A stretch of DNA of 64,000 nucleotides from the NCBI RefSeq assembly GCF_009914755.1, contig NC_060926.1; one strand, given 5' to 3'. The stretch comes from the human T2T-CHM13v2.0 reference genome, Homo sapiens. Both the position numbers and the translations under genes were made by a program. Of this stretch, positions 25,661 to 44,826 are shown one piece after another. The notes beneath the pieces are model-generated. The model did not search any database. It worked only from the letters and a program-made list of their open reading frames with translations, and had not been told where the DNA came from. Position 1 is the stretch's first letter. Each line of letters starts with the position of its first letter.

Positions 25661-28072
25661 TCAAATAAATAAATAAATAAATAATTCAACTACAAGATAG
25701 GGGTTTTGGGGAAAAAAAGTTAAAAGAACTGGAATTATGGCCCAGTGCAGTGGCTCACACCTGTAATCCCAGTGCTTTGGGAGTGTTGATCACTATTTTT
25801 ATATACATGAAACAAACAACTGTTGTTGTTGTTTTTTTCCTTTTTTTTTTTTTTTATAACTACACCCTCACAGTATTGCAAAAAGGAGGTAGGGCATATT
25901 ACGTGCCAGTCACTGTGATAAATATTTTGTGTCTTCTCAGTGAAATCTCATAACAGTCTAGTAAGATAGGTATTCTTTCTACCATTGCACAAAAAAGGCT
26001 ACTAAAGATTAAATGTTTTGATTTACTTAATGTTATATTCAATGGTAAAGATAGATACAAACATTTTTCTGACATAGAAGGCCACTCTCTTAGCCAATAC
26101 ACTGTAGTGCCTTCATTTCATTTAGTGCATAGACCATATCCTTAACTTAGGAATGCAGAATCTTTCATTAAAAAAAAAAAAAAAAATCAGGATTACCAGC
26201 AATTTTCTTAAAAAATACAGCAAACATTTCAACTATTCCTCCCACCAAGAAAACTATGAAACAGAAATAAAATAAATTTAGACAAAAGGAGTAGCATGAT
26301 TTATGCTATGGTTTTAAATAAAACTAAGAGGCATCCCTAGCCCAAGTATGAAATGGCTACAAAAGTATAACTTTAAAATTTTTAAATTAAATCATTGAAT
26401 AATATGCCAGCATTGCCAAGCCAATTCTTCCTTCATCTATAAATGTTTATATTTTTATTGTTTGATTATTAATGAATTCTCTTGAAGCATTCAGACTGCA
26501 TGTTTGACTCGCCATTAGACACTGGACACGTTCAAGGTAAAAATCTTACCTACTCCTTTTTCTAAATCTAGCAGTTTTTGATACTATTAATAATTTTAAA
26601 ATAGTACTGGGCCAGACACAGAGGCTCATGCCTATAATCCCAACACTTTGGGAGGCCAAGGCGGGAGGATAGCTGAAGGCCAGGACTTCAAGACCAGCCT
26701 AGGCAACACCTTGGGACCCTGTCTTTCCAAAAAGTTGAAAATTAGGCAAGTGTGGTAGTGCACACCTGTAGTTCTACCTAGAGAGGCCAAGGCCGGAAGA
26801 TCACTTGAGTCCAGGAGTTTGAGGTTGCAGTGAACTATAATCACATCACTGCACTCCAGCCTGGGTGACAGAGCGTGACCCTTTCAAAAAAAAAAAAAAA
26901 ATTGTGAAGTACTTTACCAATTACAAAGGACTTTCACACACACCATCTCAGTAATGGGTGCTCAAAGCTTGAAGTTATTTTTTATTTCACGTGAATTTCC
27001 TCAGACATAATCAAATATATGCTGCATTGCCAAATATGAACAGCATCCTTCACTAACTCAAACAATCAAAAGTGAATTTATATTTGGACTGGTTTTTTTT
27101 TTTTTTTTTTTTTTTTTTGAGAGACAGAGTCTCACTCTATTGCCCAGACTGTAGTACAGTGGTGTCATAATCGCTCACTGCAGCCTTGAACTCCGGGGCT
27201 CATGCAATCCATCTGCCTTGGCCTCTTAAAATATCGGGATTACAGGCGTCAGCCACTGTGCCCAGCTGGAATAATTCTTAAAACGTATAGGAAATAATAT
27301 CTTTAAAGTTTTTGTTACAAATAAATAGTAGACATAGTCCACATGATATTTATTCACCCTGCTCTGCCTTTTAAAAGCATTCACTCATGTCTGAATTCTT
27401 CTAGTACCGTATTTACAGCTCATGAAAATAACACACTACTTTGTGAGATTTCTTGCACAGATACTTAAGTTTTTATGCCTGTTGTAGTTCCCCAATGGAT
27501 TATAATCTAGCAATATATATGTTATATCCTGTGTTGTCTAAAGCACCTAACATGGTATTATATACCTCGCAGCCACCTCAATAAATGTTTTATGAGCCAT
27601 CATAAATATTCAAAAGTACTAGTGAAACTGCCATTAAATGCCTCTAAGGCATACAATCACAGATTACTAATCCTGAATATAACATATTGGATGGAAAATA
27701 TGCTTCCTCATAAACAGTTTGTATTTGCAGATTAAACGTATTAAATATTCTAAAGAAAATATTCTCAGCAGGCAGATTGCTTGAGCCCAGGAGTTCGAGA
27801 CCAGCTGGCCAACGTGGTGAAATCCCACCTCTATAAAAAATACAAAAATCAGCCAGGCGTGGTGATGCACACCTGTAGTTCAGGCTACTGGGGCAAGGAC
27901 TGATGCAGGAGAATTGCTAGAGCCCTGGATGTCAAGACAGTAGTGAGACGAGATCACGCTATTGCACTCACTCCAGCCTGGGTAACAGAGAGAGGCCCTG
28001 TCTCAAAAAAACAAAGAAAGAAAAGAACAGAACAGAACAGAAAAGACTCTTGAATTAGATGATTTCTCTTAC

Positions 28073-28247
28073 CTGATCAAAAAGAAGCCTAAGTTGCCTT
28101 TCAGATTCACCAACCCACTTGCTCAAACAATCTGCTCCTTTTCGCATAAAAAAAGCCACTTTTTTGTCTCCTTGGCTGCATTCATTAGCTAATGCTCTGG
28201 CAACCAAGGTTTTACCTGTGCCAGGAGGGCCATAAAACAAACAGCCC
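28073..28247 (-). CDS. ATAD2B: ATAD2B coding exon (presumed exon 12), Walker A: [58 protein letters not shown]
   Basis: 175 nt; acceptor cttctag|G, donor CAG|gtaaga; Walker A GPPGTGKT and pore loop KWVG; ORF 28055..28240. Confidence 0.97.
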
Positions 28248-28859
28248 CTAGAAGAATAAAAAAATCAAGAAGTGTAAATTATATTATCATCACTGCTGAT
28301 AACCAATTTTAAAAAATGTCCCCCCCTTCCATATAATTTTGTATTGAAGTATAATTATTAGACATTGATAAAGCTTTTTCCAGGATATAGACAAAAGTTT
28401 TACTTTGCTAAGTCCTTAAATCACCAAGCTTTGGCAGACAAGAAATAAAGTACAGAGTAATTTGGCAAGATATATAGAAATTTTAAATGTGTTTCCCAAT
28501 GACCCAGAAATTTCACATCTTTAGAATAAATAATGTAGAAATACTCAAAAGGAATGATAGATAGATTCAAATGACTCTTTAATAAGATTTTCCATATCCT
28601 TAAAAACGTGAAAAATAAATTAGAACAAAATCTGAATAAAAAGTGCCTCCTTAAAGAAAACAGACATTTATCAGTTTAAATCTAACAGCCTATATGTGTA
28701 TCTTCTGAATATTCTTTTTTTTTTTTTCTGAGACGGAATCCTCACTGTCACCCAGGCGCAATCTCGGCTCACTACAACCTCCGCTTCCTGGGTTCAACTG
28801 ATTCTCATGCCTCAGCCTCCCGAGTAGCTGGGATTACAGAGGCATGACACCACCCCTAG

Positions 28860-29024
<165 letters not shown>

Positions 29025-29500
29025 TAACATAATTTATCTGCCTTTTCCAATAGTTCCCCAGCTATCCACCTCATGATCAGGCACAATCTGTTCCTACAAA
29101 TAAATTATCAAGCTCACTCTATTTCAAAAATACTCCATCATCAAGTCAAAGAAACACATCAATAAAACTGTGCTTCCAAGAGTAAATAACATATAGCATC
29201 AAACTCGATGCACTGGGAGCCAAATTCAGAAAAACCCATCTGGACAATCTGGTTGTGTATTTAGGGCCCACAGAAAGAATCTTATCAAGTGCCTGACTTA
29301 AATCCTGAGATGTAAACTTCAAGAACATACTTAGTTCCATGGCCTCTGGACCCTAAACAATAACATTTCATTTCTAACTGTCATTGCTAGGACACGTCAA
29401 ATAAATATATATCAAATATTTATATTTATAGCAATTTACTCAAATAACATTTGAGAAAGTAACAGTAATAACAATAATAAACATCTATGACATTGCTTAC

Positions 29501-29616
29501 CTTGGAGGCTGAATTTTAAACTTTTCAAAAATTTCTGGATATAAAAGTGGGAATACTACCATTTCCTTTAGCGCATGAATATGATGGCTCAATCCACCTA
29601 TGCTATCAAACCGTAC
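29501..29616 (-). CDS. ATAD2B: ATAD2B coding exon (presumed exon 11), VRFDSIGGLSHHIHALKEMVVFPLLYPEIFEKFKIQPPR
   Basis: 116 nt; acceptor tttccaag|GTA, donor AG|gtaagc; classic AAA N-linker (IGGL...LKEMV.FPL.YPE.F). Confidence 0.95.
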
Positions 29617-29892
29617 CTTGGAAAGAAGGGGAAAAATTTGATATCAAACAATTTTATATGTTTTATAGAATTTTTAAAATTTATAAAAGAGTCTTACGAT
29701 TCAGAAATACATGCCTTTAGCAGAAGCTTTTAAACATAACTACAAATAAGTGTAGAAAAAAAAGGCCAACAATAAAATCCAAGTTTACATTTCAGTTCAG
29801 GCAAATTAAGCTACCATTATTTAATCTAGTAACTCAGAACCAGGATTAATCCCCAACCTAAAACTTTAATAGGTATCTATAGGAGATTTTTA

Positions 29893-30498
<606 letters not shown>

Positions 30499-30888
30499 AT
30501 CTATCACAAGAAGCAGCAAAGATTGTTCCTCCCACCCATAATAGTTTAAATAGCTAGAAAGCTTTGTAAGAAAAAAAGTGTACAGACAAAAAATGCTTTA
30601 AGAAAATTTTACCCAAAGTGTTAACTGTGACTGCCTCTTCCCTGCTTCTTCATTCTGTTATGGTACTTGAAAATGTTTTACAATGAAAGTATTACTATGA
30701 TAGAAAAAGTGAAAGTAAACTATTAACAGAAAAATAAAAACAAGTTAAATAACAGAAACATTTTAAGAGAAGCTAAATTTTCTTGTATTTGGTATCAAAT
30801 TTTAAAGAAATAAGTGGCCTGGCACGGTGGCTCACGCCTGTAATCCTAACATTTTGGGAGGCCAAGGCGGGAGGATCACCTGAGCTTA

Positions 30889-31367
<479 letters not shown>

Positions 31368-31649
31368 TTAGGGTCCCATTAATAAATAAGATAAGCATTT
31401 TCCTCTATGACTTCAGATTAGAGATAGTTAAAATTTCATCTTCAAGTATATATGCAATTCTATTTGATAACTTATTTTAAATCTCTCTATGGAAATCACT
31501 TAAATTATGTTGTATAGAGAGATTTTTGGGAAAAAAGAAAAAATGTGTCAAATAAATTCTTGGTTATGCAGTAACCTTATTCCAAAATATCCCCCAAAAT
31601 AAGATACTACTAACAATGAGAAAGAATCTACCATGTCCTCCGAGTCTTG

Positions 31650-32370
31650 TGCCTGTTTTTGTGCTATGTATCTTCCCCAGGTGTGATCGATCATCTATTT
31701 TCCAAAGTGACCTCACCGCTCTTTATATTGATGACCCGTATTTGAATTTCTAGTCCAGGTATTTCTCCTTAATGCCAAACCTAAATAACCCATTACCTAC
31801 AAGGTGCTTCCACTTGTAGTATACCTCAGATACCTAAACATGTATTAGTTAAATACAACTAATTAAATCATCTTCCTGCCTCAAACATTTATTCCTCTTC
31901 TCATGTTCCCTACTCAGAGAATCAAGCCATTCTCCATCCAGACCATCCATTATCTACCTAGTCACCTAAGCTAGAAACCTGGGTAATACTCTCAAGTTGT
32001 ACCTTTCTCTTGTTCCCCAAAAGCAATTAATTCACCAAATTCTGTCATTTCTGAATTCAATCCTCAATTCTTTCAAACCCATTTACTTCTTCAAAGTTAT
32101 CCTAGTTTCTACCATGACCACTACTCCAGATTACTAGACTACAGCAACATCCAGTCTCCCTAATGCCAGCCTTGCTTCCCCCAAATTCATTAACTATATC
32201 ATAGCCAGAGTGAGCTACCCAAAATACAAAATCATGAAACTAGGCAATTTCAACAACAGCCCATTGTTCATCATGGTTTATGAAGCCTTGCCCCTCATAA
32301 CCTTCTCAGCCTCATTTCCTACCTGTTACATATTCCAGTAACACTGAAATGAAAATATCTGACTAAGCAC
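31650..32370 (+). mobile_element. L2 fragment
   Basis: Pyrimidine-rich L2-like motifs (ctagtcacctaagctagaaacctgggt, caccaaattctgtcatt, actagactacagcaacatcc). Confidence 0.6.
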
Positions 32371-32526
32371 CACTTGTGGCTAGGGTTCTTAGGTTTCAAA
32401 ACATATACATCGAAACATTAACACTGTCATATCCGAATTTTCTAGTTCTACTATGTGCTGCTTTAGAAACAAGAAAAAAACTTTTAAAAAAAAGAAAACT
32501 TCTAGAAAAACATTTACAAAACTTAC

Positions 32527-32638
32527 TGATTTATCAATGTTCATTGGATCAACATCAGCCAAGCTTGCACCCACTTTCACTCGTTCTCGGAGAATACCGC
32601 TAGCTAAGTCCTCTGCTCTGAAGTTCATAGGCAAACAT
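32527..32638 (-). CDS. ATAD2B: ATAD2B coding exon (presumed exon 10), CLPMNFRAEDLASGILRERVKVGASLADVDPMNIDKS
   Basis: 112 nt; acceptor atttcag|A, donor TCA|gtaagt; LADVDPM motif typical of the ATAD2/Yta7 family. Confidence 0.95.
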
Positions 32639-33008
32639 CTGAAATTTATAAAAGTGCAAGTAAAGTTGCATTAAAAGTTTCACATTTTTAATGTCAAAAT
32701 AAGTTTACATTCTTTGATGTGTCTTCATCTTTCTCCTTTTTCTCATAACCCAGAAAATAATATCAAAGGATTTCATACTTTTACTCTACTTTTCTTACAT
32801 TCTTGTCAATGGCCAAAAATTAAGTTACTCACTAGATAAAGCAAACAAGATCGTTAATCTATTTGCCCGAAGAGCCCAATCTATTCCATTTTAGGAAAAC
32901 ATCTTAACATACCTGATTATCCCATGTTATACAACTATAAAATAAAAATAAACCTATATGTATTATAATATATGGGATTAAAATAAAATTAAGCTACTGA
33001 TTGATTGA

Positions 33009-33272
<264 letters not shown>

Positions 33273-34354
33273 TAATATTTAAATCTATCCTCAACTATTA
33301 CACGAATATGTCTACTCAGTTATATGATTGAAAAAATTGTCTTTCCATTTTTTTCAAAAAAAAACCAGAGATCACATCTTGAACACTAAGCTTCATCTTT
33401 TGTGTAACTACCTTAAGAGAGATCTCTATACTACATTATTTAACACATTATTTAATATACTACATTATTTAATTTCTGTAAATTAATATAGTCAACTTCC
33501 TCTTTTAACCTTGGGTAAACACCAATGACATTAACAGCCTCAAAAAAGTCTAGCATCTATAATGAATGTAACTTCATTGATATTTCTGAATCCTAATTTA
33601 TAAAAATATATTATCAAAGTAGATTATCAGAATAGTTCGGATTAAATAGGCATTAAACGCTTTTATTTAAACTTGGATTTTTCTCATTTTCTTTCCATCA
33701 TTCAGATGAGAAATTCTTTTTTAGTACACTATCTAACTGATCCAAACTTGTTTCCAAGACCTGCTAACTGAAAACTTGGTATTTCTACAATAAATAATAA
33801 TTTGACACTTTAATTATTTACTCCTCCACTGAAAATTCTCTGAGGTTTTAGTGAGCCCAACAGTGATCAGTTAGTTACCCTAGTTAGGGAAAGATCACCA
33901 GAGGCACTTGTTCAACTGACAACAAAAACAAAGTAATTTTTTCCAATAAAAATCTAAGGTTTCCTGAGATAATTCTATTAGAAACCATGTCTTAATCTGA
34001 CTGCTATAATACTGTAATCATTATAAGTACCTAAAATCAACCTCATTAAATGGATTTAGATTAGAAAGGAGGTACAGAGGAAAAGACAGACACTGCCATA
34101 TAGGTTGGCCTGTTTCCCTTAGCTCTCCTTACTTTCCCTCTCCACAAATTATTTTATCGTAAGTACTTTCAGACTAAATGATTTTGGGGAAAGGTTAGAT
34201 TTTTATTGAAAGAAAAGCTAAGTAGAAACCAAGTCAATGTCTTAATCTAGTCTAAAATATGTGTTGAATATCAATGTTAGCAAAGAAAATCACTCAAAAA
34301 AAACTTATTTTTCCTTTTTTCTACCATGGAAATAACATTACAAATTTTACTAAC

Positions 34355-34453
34355 CTATTTCTTGCTCTTGCCATGCTCTTTGATTTCCTTCTTTCAAAGC
34401 GTTCCTCATCAGAAGAAGTTGTGTCACTACTATGAATGGCATGCTTCTTTCTC
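34355..34453 (-). CDS. ATAD2B: ATAD2B coding exon (presumed exon 9), RKKHAIHSSDTTSSDEERFERRKSKSMARARNR
   Basis: 99 nt; acceptor taaatag|G, donor AG|gttagt; within ORF 34321..34515. Confidence 0.93.
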
Positions 34454-34682
34454 CTATTTAAAGAGAGTAAAATCCTTAAAACCATTATAATAGCAAACAA
34501 CTTTTTAAAACACACTGTAATATCTACAATTAGCTCAGAGAAAATTCATTCAGCAAATATTTATTAAGATTTTTTACCCTCATACAATTTACATGAAGTA
34601 TAAAGGTAGCAAGTTCTGCAGAGAAAAAGAAAAAAAAAGGCCTGTAATCCCAGCACTTTGGGCAGTCAAGGTGGGTGGATCA

Positions 34683-35050
<368 letters not shown>

Positions 35051-36216
35051 TCACTACAGCCTCAACCTCCAGGGCTCAAGCGATCCTCCTGCCTCAAACC
35101 CCCAAGTAACTGAGACTGGAGGCACCCGCCACCACACTGGCTAGTTTTTGTACTTTTTGTAAAGAGGGAGTTTCACCATGTTTCCCAAGGTGGTCTCAAA
35201 CTCCTGAGCTCAAGTGATCTACCCACCTTGGCCTCCCAAAGTGCTGGAGTTACAGATATAAGCCACCGCACAGGGCCAGCAACCAATTTAAATTACATCC
35301 AAATTTAGCGAATATCGGTCACTGTTTGATAAATAACATTAGAATCTCAGAAAAAAAAAAAGTTTGGTTTTTTTTTTTAATTTTATCTTTCCCAAATAGT
35401 CACAGTCCAGACATTTAAAGAACAAAGGAAAAATAATACACTGGTTTACAGAGGACAAGGGCTTTAACTCACTTAAGATATTTCCATCCTGTTTGAACTT
35501 CTTATAAAATACATAAAATATTTTGAAGAAAAAAATAGTTTATAACCAGAACTACTATGGAGAGATTAGGTAATTTGCCAGGCTGAAGTCATCACGAAGG
35601 AAAAATAATACTTAATGAATGCCAGATTATTAGTATAACTCATGACATCGCTAAGACACCTAAAAAATACTATAATAAAACCACCACAAAATTGTGTGCT
35701 CACGAAGTGTTCAAATTGAGTTCATCATATCCAAATCAAATGCTTCAACCACTTCTTTTAAACTGTATATTCAGTTAGCAGTTCCACTAACTAGTAATTT
35801 GCAAAAAAAAAAAAACCTCAAAAATCATCCTAAATCCCTTTTTGCCCACCACATAATCACTGCCATTGAGCTCTAGCCACATTCCCTGTAAATATCCCTT
35901 ATATCGTCTTCTTCTCCACCCCTACCTAGGTTTCGCTTACCACCTGCCTAGCCATTTAACCACCCTCAGCTCTGCTTTACTAAAAAAAAAACATTTGCCA
36001 TGATCTTACCTCGGATCTTGTTACCGCGTGAACTGCTCTCCACCTCTGCAATTTTAAAATTCAATGGCCTACTTTTTGAACATAACCTCCTAACATACCA
36101 ACTTTCAACTCATCAAGGCCTACTATACCCGAGCACCCACTGACTCAGAGTCAACTCCCTTCGTGGCTTAATTTTCTGTCAAGCCTCACAGGAAAAGCTA
36201 TTACTTCAGTTTTTAA

Positions 36217-36804
<588 letters not shown>

Positions 36805-36959
36805 TGATTCGCCCATCTCGGCCTCCCAAACTGCTGGGATTACAGGCATGAGCCACCATGCCCAGCCTGTTTCTGTTTTTATTTTTGTTTTTAGATAGAA
36901 GGTCTCACTCTGTCAACCCAGGCTGGAGTGAAGTGACACGATCATAGCTAAGAGCAGGA

Positions 36960-37722
36960 AGCCACAGCTTCCACGGCTTTACGCACAGTCTCTTCATCCC
37001 CCAGGAACTGCATGCACCTGATGGTCTTCAAGTTCTTGTCAAATTCATAGACAATGGGAATACTAGTCGGCAGGTTCAGCTCCATGACAGCCTCTTCAGA
37101 GAGACCATCCAAATGTTTCACAATGCCCCAGAGGCTGTTGCCATGCACTGCAATCAGCACCCATTTCCCCTCTTTTACCAGGTGAGCTATTTCTTCATTC
37201 CAAAACGGCAGAGCTCTGGCTTTGAGAGTCCTTCAGACTCTCACAGGAGGGTAGCTGATCCTCCGTGAGGTCTGCATGCCTGCGATCCTTACTAATGTTG
37301 CTGTAGAAAGGATGGTCAGGCTCCATCGGAGGTGGTGGAACATCATAGGAGAGCCTCCAGATCTTCACCTGGGCCTCACCATGCTTTGCAGCAGTTTCTG
37401 CTTTACTGAGATCAGTCAGACCCCCATAGTGCTGCTCACTGAGGCACCAAGTCCTCACTACAGGCAACCACATCTGATCAATGGCATCTAGCACTGTCCA
37501 GAGGGTCCAGATTGCTCTCTTCTGCACTGAGGTGAAGCAGATGTCAAACTCATAGCCAGCCATCTCACAGTGCCTGCCTGCCTGCCACTCTTCATCTCCT
37601 TATGGCCCGCCGGGCTCACATTGGCATTGTACCAGTCGCTGAAGCAGTTCTCCAGGTTCCAGGTGCTCTCACTGGGCCAGATCAACACCAGTTTGTAGGT
37701 GGCCATGGCAGCGGGCTGGGGA
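36960..37722 (-). pseudogene. Processed pseudogene of phosphoglycerate mutase 1 (PGAM1), frameshifted and 3'-truncated (possibly the locus named PGAM1P6; not verified)
   Basis: Intronless; three ORF pieces (37488..37706, 37195..37563, 36948..37160) tile PGAM1 ([70 protein letters not shown]); at least 2 frameshifts; catalytic RHG motif reads WPS. Confidence 0.95.
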
Positions 37723-38052
37723 GGCCCTACATCAATTTTTGATACTTCCCAACTCTTCAGGAAGATAGTTGCAAAAATTATCTACTTATTCTTTGCAATT
37801 TTGATATTTATCCTCTCCTCTACTTCTTTCTCCCCATCAGGAAAGTTCCCAAGTTTATGTGTGTATTGGGCCTATAACATATAGAAATGTAATAAATTTG
37901 CCAATAATAGCACAGAAGGAAGTTGGTGGGAGAAAAGTTGTATTGGTCTAAGAAAATGACTTCAGATAGTAAACTGAATGCATAAAAAATAAAGAGAACC
38001 AAAAATGGTAAATCAATTGAAAAGTTAATATAACAATACCTATAAACATATA

Positions 38053-38412
38053 CAGTCATCCCTTAGTATCTACAGGGGAATGATTCCAGGACCCTTGCGA
38101 ATACCAAAATTCAAGTATGCTTAAGTCCCTTACATAAAAATAGTATAGTGTTTGCACATTGCATATGGCCTACACACATCCTCCCACACACTTTTTTTGA
38201 AAATTTATCAAAGACTTAACGTAAGAGTTACCTCCTGTATACTTTAAATCATCTCTAAATTAATTATAATACCTAATACAACACATGCTATATAAATAGT
38301 CATCAAGCTGTATTTTTTGTTGTTGTATTGTTGGGGTTTTTTCTCAAATATTTTCGAGGTGTGGTTGGTTGCATTCACAGATGCAGAACCTGTAGCTCAA
38401 GAGGACCAACTG
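38053..38412 (+). mobile_element. MER2 (TcMar-Tigger MITE)
   Basis: TA|cagtcatcccttagtatct...gattccaggaccc...gaggaccaactg|TA, with terminal inverted repeats and TA target duplication. Confidence 0.85.
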
Positions 38413-39193
38413 TACTTGCTAATGTTTCTTCTCGTAGCTTCAGTAAAAGCCATTAAATCATATAAAGTAATAATGCCAACAATGTATTGTTAGATCTGTA
38501 ACATTTTTAGGTGTGATACAAATAACAATAATACAACAAAAATAGTGGTATACATAATTTCCCAGTAAATAACTGAAAAGCCAAAATCCTAGTTGGGGCT
38601 GGGCATGGTGGCTCATGCCTGGAATCCCAGCACTTTGGGAGGCTGAGGCAGGCAGATCACTTGAGGTCAGAAGTTCGAGACCAGCCTGACCAACATGGTG
38701 AAACCCAGTATCTACTAAAAATACAAAAATTAGCCTGGCATGGTGGTGTATGCCTGTAACCCCAGCTAGTGGGGAGGCTGAGCCAGGAGAATTGCTTCAA
38801 CCAAGGAGGCGGAGGTTGCAGTGAGCCGAGATCACGTCACTGCACTCCAGCCTTGGCGACCAGGGAAGGCTCCATCCCAAAAAAAAAAAGAAAAGAGCTT
38901 AAAAGCCAAAGAGTATACAAAACTATACAAAACAAACTCAAACCATATACAAAAATTAAGTAAATCAAAGACCTAAACATAACAGCTAAAACTATAAACT
39001 ATTAGAGGAAACCATAGGAACAAATCTTCATGACCTCTGAGTTGGCAATGGATTCTAAGATATAACAGTAAAAGCATAAGCACAAAATAAAAAACAAGTA
39101 ACTTGAACTTCATAAAAATTAAAAGCTTGGCTGGGCACAGTAGCTCATGCCTGTAATCCCAGCACTTTGGGATCACTTGAGCCCAGGAGTTCA

Positions 39194-39358
<165 letters not shown>

Positions 39359-39391
39359 CTAGGTGACAGAGCAAGACCCTGTCTCAAAAAA

Positions 39392-40365
<974 letters not shown>

Positions 40366-40522
40366 GTAACTGTTAAAACAACAAATATTCCAGGCAAACT
40401 GAATCTGGAAGATAATAGTAGCTAAATAGGATGACAACTGTTAGTCACTAATTAAAGAAAGAAAGACACAATTAGTCTCTCATTGACAAATGCAAATGTT
40501 TCCTTTCAAAAACAAACCTTAC

Positions 40523-40598
40523 CTAATATGGCTTCTTCTTGCTGGAGATCTATGAATATCAAACAGCGTGTTTTCCCTCTTTTTTTGATGAGCTGGTA
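40523..40598 (-). CDS. ATAD2B: ATAD2B coding exon (presumed exon 8), VPAHQKKRENTLFDIHRSPARRSHIR
   Basis: 76 nt; acceptor ccttttag|TA, donor AG|gtaagg. Confidence 0.92.
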
Positions 40599-40673
40599 CT
40601 AAAAGGGAAGAAAAGGATAATAGAGAAATAACTAATAAATTGATAAATTAATGTATTAAAGGAGTAGAAATGA

Positions 40674-41208
<535 letters not shown>

Positions 41209-41427
41209 TGATCTCAAACTCCTGACCTCATGAGCCGCCCGCCTAGGCCTCCCAAATTACTGGGATTACAGGCGTGAGCCACTGTGCCCGGCCCCTGTTA
41301 ACTTTTTAAATAAAACCTAGTCATGTGTTTTCAAGTACCAAATGCTGTCTAGAAGCAAAATGAAAATAAAAATTTTGTGGCAATACTATAAAGTTGCAAA
41401 TAAACATTCTAAACAGATGTTAACTTA

Positions 41428-41805
<378 letters not shown>

Positions 41806-42174
41806 TCAAAGAACAATCCATTAAAATTTTTTTTTACAGGCTGGGCAGGGTCCCGGGACTTTGGAAGGCCAAGTCAAAGGACTGCTTTGAGCCCAGGAGT
41901 TCCAGACCATCCTAGGCAACGCGGTAAGAACCCAACTCTAGTTTGAGGCGCAGTGGATCACTTAAGGTCAGGAGTTCGAGCCAGCCTGACCAACATGGTG
42001 AAACCCCATCTCTATTAAAAAATATGTATATACAAAAATTAGCCAGGCATGGTGGCATGCGCCTGTAATCCCAGCTACTTAAGAGGCTGAGGCAGGAGAA
42101 TCACTTGATTCCAGGAGGCAGAGGTTGCAGTGAGCTGAGATCATGCCACTGCACTCCAGCCTAGGTGACAGAGC

Positions 42175-42280
42175 AAGAAGGAAGGGAAGGGAAGGGAAGG
42201 GGAGGGAAGGGGAGGGAAGGGGAGGGGAGGGGAAGGGAGGGGAGGGCAGGGGAAGGGAGGGGAGGGGAGGGAAGGAAGGG
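42175..42280 (+). repeat. Polypurine (GGAAG/GGGGA)n tract in place of an Alu tail
   Basis: ~105 bp, almost all G/A, between two sense Alus. Confidence 0.9.
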
Positions 42281-42813
42281 CGGGCCGGGCACTGTGGCTC
42301 ACAACTTGTAATCCCAGCACTTTGGGAGGCTAAGGCGGGTGGATCACGAGAGGTCAGGAGTTCAAGACCAGCCTGGCCAAGATCGTGAAACCCCATCTGT
42401 AATAAAAATACAAAAATTAGCCAGGCACGGTTAATCCCAGCTACTTGGGAGGCTGAGGCAGGAGAATCACTTGAACCAGGGCGGTAGAAGCTGCAGTGAG
42501 CCAACAGCACCACTGCACTCCAGCCTGGGTGACAGAATGAGACTATCTCAAAAAAAAAGAAAAAGAAAAAAAGAACCCAACTTTACAAAAAAATTTTTTT
42601 TTAATTAGCCAAGTATGGTGACATGCACCTCAGCAGGCTGAAGCAGAAGAATGCAGTGAGCCATGTTCGCACCAATGCACTCCAGCCTGGATGACCCTAT
42701 CTCCAAAAAAAAAAAAAAAAAAAAAAAAAAAAAGCAAAATGTATAAATTGGAGTTCATTAAAATTACAAATGGGCCAGGCATGGTGGCTCAGGTCTGTAA
42801 TCCCAGCACTTTA

Positions 42814-43477
<664 letters not shown>

Positions 43478-44529
43478 TTAAAGGTCTAATATCCAGAACA
43501 TATAAGGAATCTCAAAACTCAATAATAAGAAAACAAACAACCCAATTGAAAAAATGGCCAGAGATCTGAACAGACATTTTACCCAAGATTTAACACTGTC
43601 AAAAAGAAAAACAAATGAAAAGATGCTCCAACACCATTAGGGAAATGTAAACTAAAACTATAATAAATACCTGTTAAAATTAATTAATTAATCTGAGTAT
43701 ACCAATTGTTGGCAAGAATACAGAGCAACTACAGCTCTCATACACTCTTAGTGAAAATGGTATAACCACTTTAAAAAAGAGTTTGGTAACTTCTTATATC
43801 TCATCATAAAACCCAGCCTTTCTACTCCTTGGTATTTGTTAGAAATACAAAAACATATGTCCACACAAAGACCTACATGTGAATGTTCATCACAACTTTA
43901 TTTGTAATAACCAAAAACTGGAAAGGATCATAATGTCACATAACAAATGAATGGATAAACAAATTGTGATATATCCACACCACAGAATGCTATTCAGCAA
44001 AAGAAAAAAAAAAAGGAATACACAGCTGGATGCAGAGGTTCAAGACATCACAGTGCTTTGGAAGGCCAAGGCAGGAGAATCCCTTCAGGCCAGGAGTTCA
44101 AGACCAGCCTCGGCAACACAGCAAGATCCTGTTTCTACAAAAAAAATTAATTAGCTAGGCATGGTGGTTGTACACCTGTAGTTCTAGCTATACAAGGAAT
44201 TGAGGTAGGAGGATAGCTTGAGCTCAGGAGTTTGAGGCTGTAGTGTATTATATTTGTGCTTCTGAACAGCCATTACACTGCACCATGAACAACATAGTGA
44301 GATCCCTTCTCTAAAAGATAAACTTTTAACTTTTTCCTTCTGCCAGCAAAAAAAGAAAAAGAAAAAAAGAAAACAACTAAGTTATTGGCCAAGCTGCAGC
44401 CGTATACTATTTTTGTGACCTCGGGTAAGTCACTTAACCTCTTGGACCATAAAGATACTCTCCCTAGGCCGTGCACAGTGGCTCACACCTGTAATTCCAG
44501 CACTTTGGGAGGCCAAGGTGGGCCAATCA

Positions 44530-44826
<297 letters not shown>

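Noticed and set aside
37195-37563. 122-aa PGAM-like ORF as a possible functional retrogene
   Set aside because: It is a frameshift-bounded fragment lacking the N-terminal catalytic RHG histidine, with several conserved Arg residues substituted.
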